A stretch of DNA of 43,603 nt, filler included, from Catajapyx aquilonaris (taxonomy: Eukaryota), in the NCBI GenBank assembly GCA_000934665.2. It is 2 parts of 2 records of this genome, joined end to end, with 100 filler letters (N's around TTAATTAATTAA, not from the genome) between each part and the next. Parts side by side here need not be neighbours in the genome. Positions count along the whole stretch, not along the records: positions 21,888 to 43,603 come from JYFJ02005995.1; 1 more part is not named here. One strand, 5' to 3'. The translations under genes and the position numbers were made by a program. Shown in pieces: positions 41,601 to 43,603 of this stretch; position 1 is the stretch's first letter, and each line of letters opens with the position of its first letter. The notes below the pieces were generated by a model. The model ran no database searches. It worked only from the letters and a program-made list of their open reading frames with translations, and was not told where the DNA came from.

Positions 41601-43304
41601 CTCCCGATTAGCAGTCGGATACCAAATCCCCTCCGCTACCACTGCTTCGGTTATACATCTCTATATACGTATACAGGATTATAAAATGAATGATATCGGC
41701 GAGGTTTTTGGTACATATAAGTTTCTTGGGGAACACAATGCAATGGTAAAGCTGGAAGAGGATGGGGGAGCGTCAAAAATGAGTGTATAAAACTACTTTC
41801 TAGTGAATGAAAGCAAAATGTGTTTTAGACTTGAGTGCCTTAGACACCTGAGATGGGCGATTTTTATTAACTCACATGTATATAGTAATTGCTGATTATT
41901 CCCACATTAGTGCGATAGTCTTTACATAGACCCATAGGCATAGACCTATTCATTTTTTCCCTCTACACATTGTCAGGGATGAAGCCATTACTGTGCAGAT
42001 CTTATTTAAGTTAGTTTTATTTTTAGGAGTTTTAAAAAAATGTAACTAGCAGATCGGCTTGTGGTCTCCTTTTCCTGACTGTGTTATTATCATTTTAAAG
42101 TTTTCTTATAGCTGGGCTTGTTTTGTTCTATGTGCTTTGGTGGCATTCATAAAGACAACTGATGCATGTACAGTACAGTACTGTCTTGGTAATTCCTATA
42201 TTTACATAAGAGTTAATAATATTCACTACTTTGGGTGTCCAAGTTACTGAATAAAAACTCATCTTGCTTTCAGGCGCTTCAAAATACCATTTAACTCGTT
42301 TTTAGCCCTTTAGTCTACTGGTGTAGACCCTATTACTACGTACAACTCTATGGCATAAGAAACTATTGCCGAGTTCTCAGAAATCATAGCAAATTTTGCA
42401 TTTTCGTTGTCATATTCATGTTCAGCACCTGGAATCATTAAGAATTAATTGGCTACTTTCATCTCAGATCCATGAATTTAATCATTTGTTGCCCAGTGTT
42501 ATTAGACGGATATAGGCTGGGAGGAACAGACGGAAAAACCAATCAAGTCTGACAAAAATGTTGCATTATACAGTATTTCGATATTTGTACGCTTCACATT
42601 TTCAATGTACAAATGTGACTAAGGTAAGTTGATTTGACCCAAAGCAACTAAAGCTATGTCTTTTACTCCGGTGGGGTTTTGATAGTGTGAGGAAACGGGA
42701 GAGCCCTGGGAAAACCCACACAAACACGGAGAGAACCCATCCAAACTCTTTCCACATAAGCATATACTATGCCCTACCCGGGGATCGAACTCGGGAACTC
42801 AGAGGTGGAAGGCTGTGGCGCTATTAAACCACTACACCACCCCTAATAATGTGACTATATATGGGAGGGGGGAACTGCGCGAAGAAGAGTGATCACTTGG
42901 TTTCGTTCAGTTCCCCCGCTCTCGCTGGGGCTCTGTGGGATCTCATCTCACTGTCAGTCATCCTCAGTTGTCTTTGTTGATTACTATAAGAGAGGGGGAA
43001 CTGAAATTCCTAAAGTAGCTTCACAAGATTTCCAAAAATGACCCTACTAATTCAAGTTCAAAGGAGCAAGAATTCGCCTCCAGTGAAAAATATTATTTCA
43101 TTTGTTATTACAATATATTCTACTCTCCTCCATATTTTATATTGTAAATGGGGGGGAGGGGGGGATTACAGCTCGGGCTATAAGTCCGACCTGCGTCCTC
43201 CTCTCCATCTACGGGCCTGTACTGACGGAATGTTCCAGTTTCAGACCGGCTACACCGGGGCCATGTGATGATGAAGATGTGTCGTGCATTGGGAGTCTCA
43301 TCAG
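38628..43304 (+). CDS. Putative multi-exon gene encoding an acidic protein with several SIM-like motifs; continues beyond the window
   Basis: Exons 38628-38704 (MATRSSNMTTIVQPEDDEVQIIAEI), 39313-39420 (LEKLAVIEEAIRREEEMMEDLAADHQMTTYLEEPI), 40610-40777 (AEEDPLTAESMELTIGQIDWRDTANLTCLMVESVIPSEPAADLHSNQEVDIIAEY), 43245-43304 (PATPGPCDDEDVSCIGSLI). All donors are GTGAG, all junctions are phase 2, and internal exon lengths are 108/168/60. Acceptors are TACTGAY...ttccaKtttYAG. The spliced frame is open. Confidence 0.7.
39476..42498. mobile_element. Transib-like non-autonomous TIR element, left part duplicated with the host exon
   Basis: Termini cactgggcaac (39476) / gttgcccagtg (42488-42498) with extended imperfect inverted subterminal arms. 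5-bp flanks taatt / ttatt. The empty site cccgtaattagacggat is visible at ~38768-38784. The left ~750 bp is present twice (39476-40210 and ~40862-42030). Confidence 0.6.
41275..41648 (-). mobile_element. tRNA-derived SINE, same family as 31292-31605
   Basis: On -: gaagcagtggtagcggagggga...ggttcgaacccc...ggttttctgtggttttcc...ggccacagccgcttcc, with an (AAT)n tail. Absent from the paralogous intron 2. Confidence 0.9.
42622..42847 (-). mobile_element. tRNA-derived SINE with V-domain-like core and 10-bp TSD
   Basis: On -: A box GGTGTAGTGG, B box GAGTTCGATCCCC (42780-42792), core gagtttggatgggttctctccgtgtttgtgtgggttttcccagggctctcccgtttcctcacac. TSD aatgtgacta at 42612-42621 and 42848-42857. Confidence 0.85.
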
Positions 43305-43603
43305 GTGAGGCTTAGCGTTGGTAGGGGTCAAAGCAGGTCAGTAATTATTAGATGGATAGACTGGGAGGGACAGAGGGAAAATGAAGTCGACCAACATTTT
43401 ATTTCGATATTTGCACGCTTCAAGGCTGTACCACAATGCATTTTCAATGTAAAAAATGTGACTAAAATAGAGGAGGGGAGAACTGTGCGAAGAAGAGTGA
43501 TCATTTGATTTCGTACAGTTCCCCAGCTCCCGCTGTGCTGTGGGATATCAGTCATCCTCAAATTGTCTTTGTTGATTACTAAGAGAGGGGGGTGGGGGGG
43601 GGG

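Noticed and set aside
38700..43603. CRISPR-like or satellite interpretation of conserved repeats with variable spacers
   Set aside because: The context is eukaryotic, the repeats are hundreds of bp long, and the variable parts are bounded by AG/GT splice signals with an open frame. Exon duplication explains it better.

Overview
Eukaryotic, intron-containing animal DNA, most likely from an arthropod (inferred from a DUF4789-like Cys-rich gene and the SINE types). There is no prokaryotic content. The left half (1-21787) is a tandem segmental duplication with a period of about 12.5 kb. Each unit holds the 5' part of a C2H2 zinc-finger gene, a head-to-head pair of 7-exon cathepsin-L-like genes (A on -, B on +), a 2-exon secreted Cys-rich gene (D) and a third cathepsin-L-like gene (C). 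All six cathepsin-L-like copies have lost the catalytic Cys (Ala in A, Ser in B and C) but keep the signal peptide, I29 prodomain and His; the five complete copies also keep Asn. Paralogue differences concentrate in the loops around the former active-site cleft. Their promoters share a GATA / NF-kappaB-like / GATA / TATA cassette. Together this suggests an immune-inducible family of secreted pseudo-proteases (inference). In unit 2, D and C are disabled. A 100-bp scaffold gap follows, then a transposon graveyard (MITEs, foldback mariners, hAT, several tRNA-SINEs, SGNH and possible KDZ relics). From 38628 there is a putative gene built from tandemly duplicated phase-2 exons. Most of these exons carry an acidic SUMO-interacting-motif-like peptide, and they are far more diverged than their introns. 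All calls come from manual reading and translation; no database searches were run.
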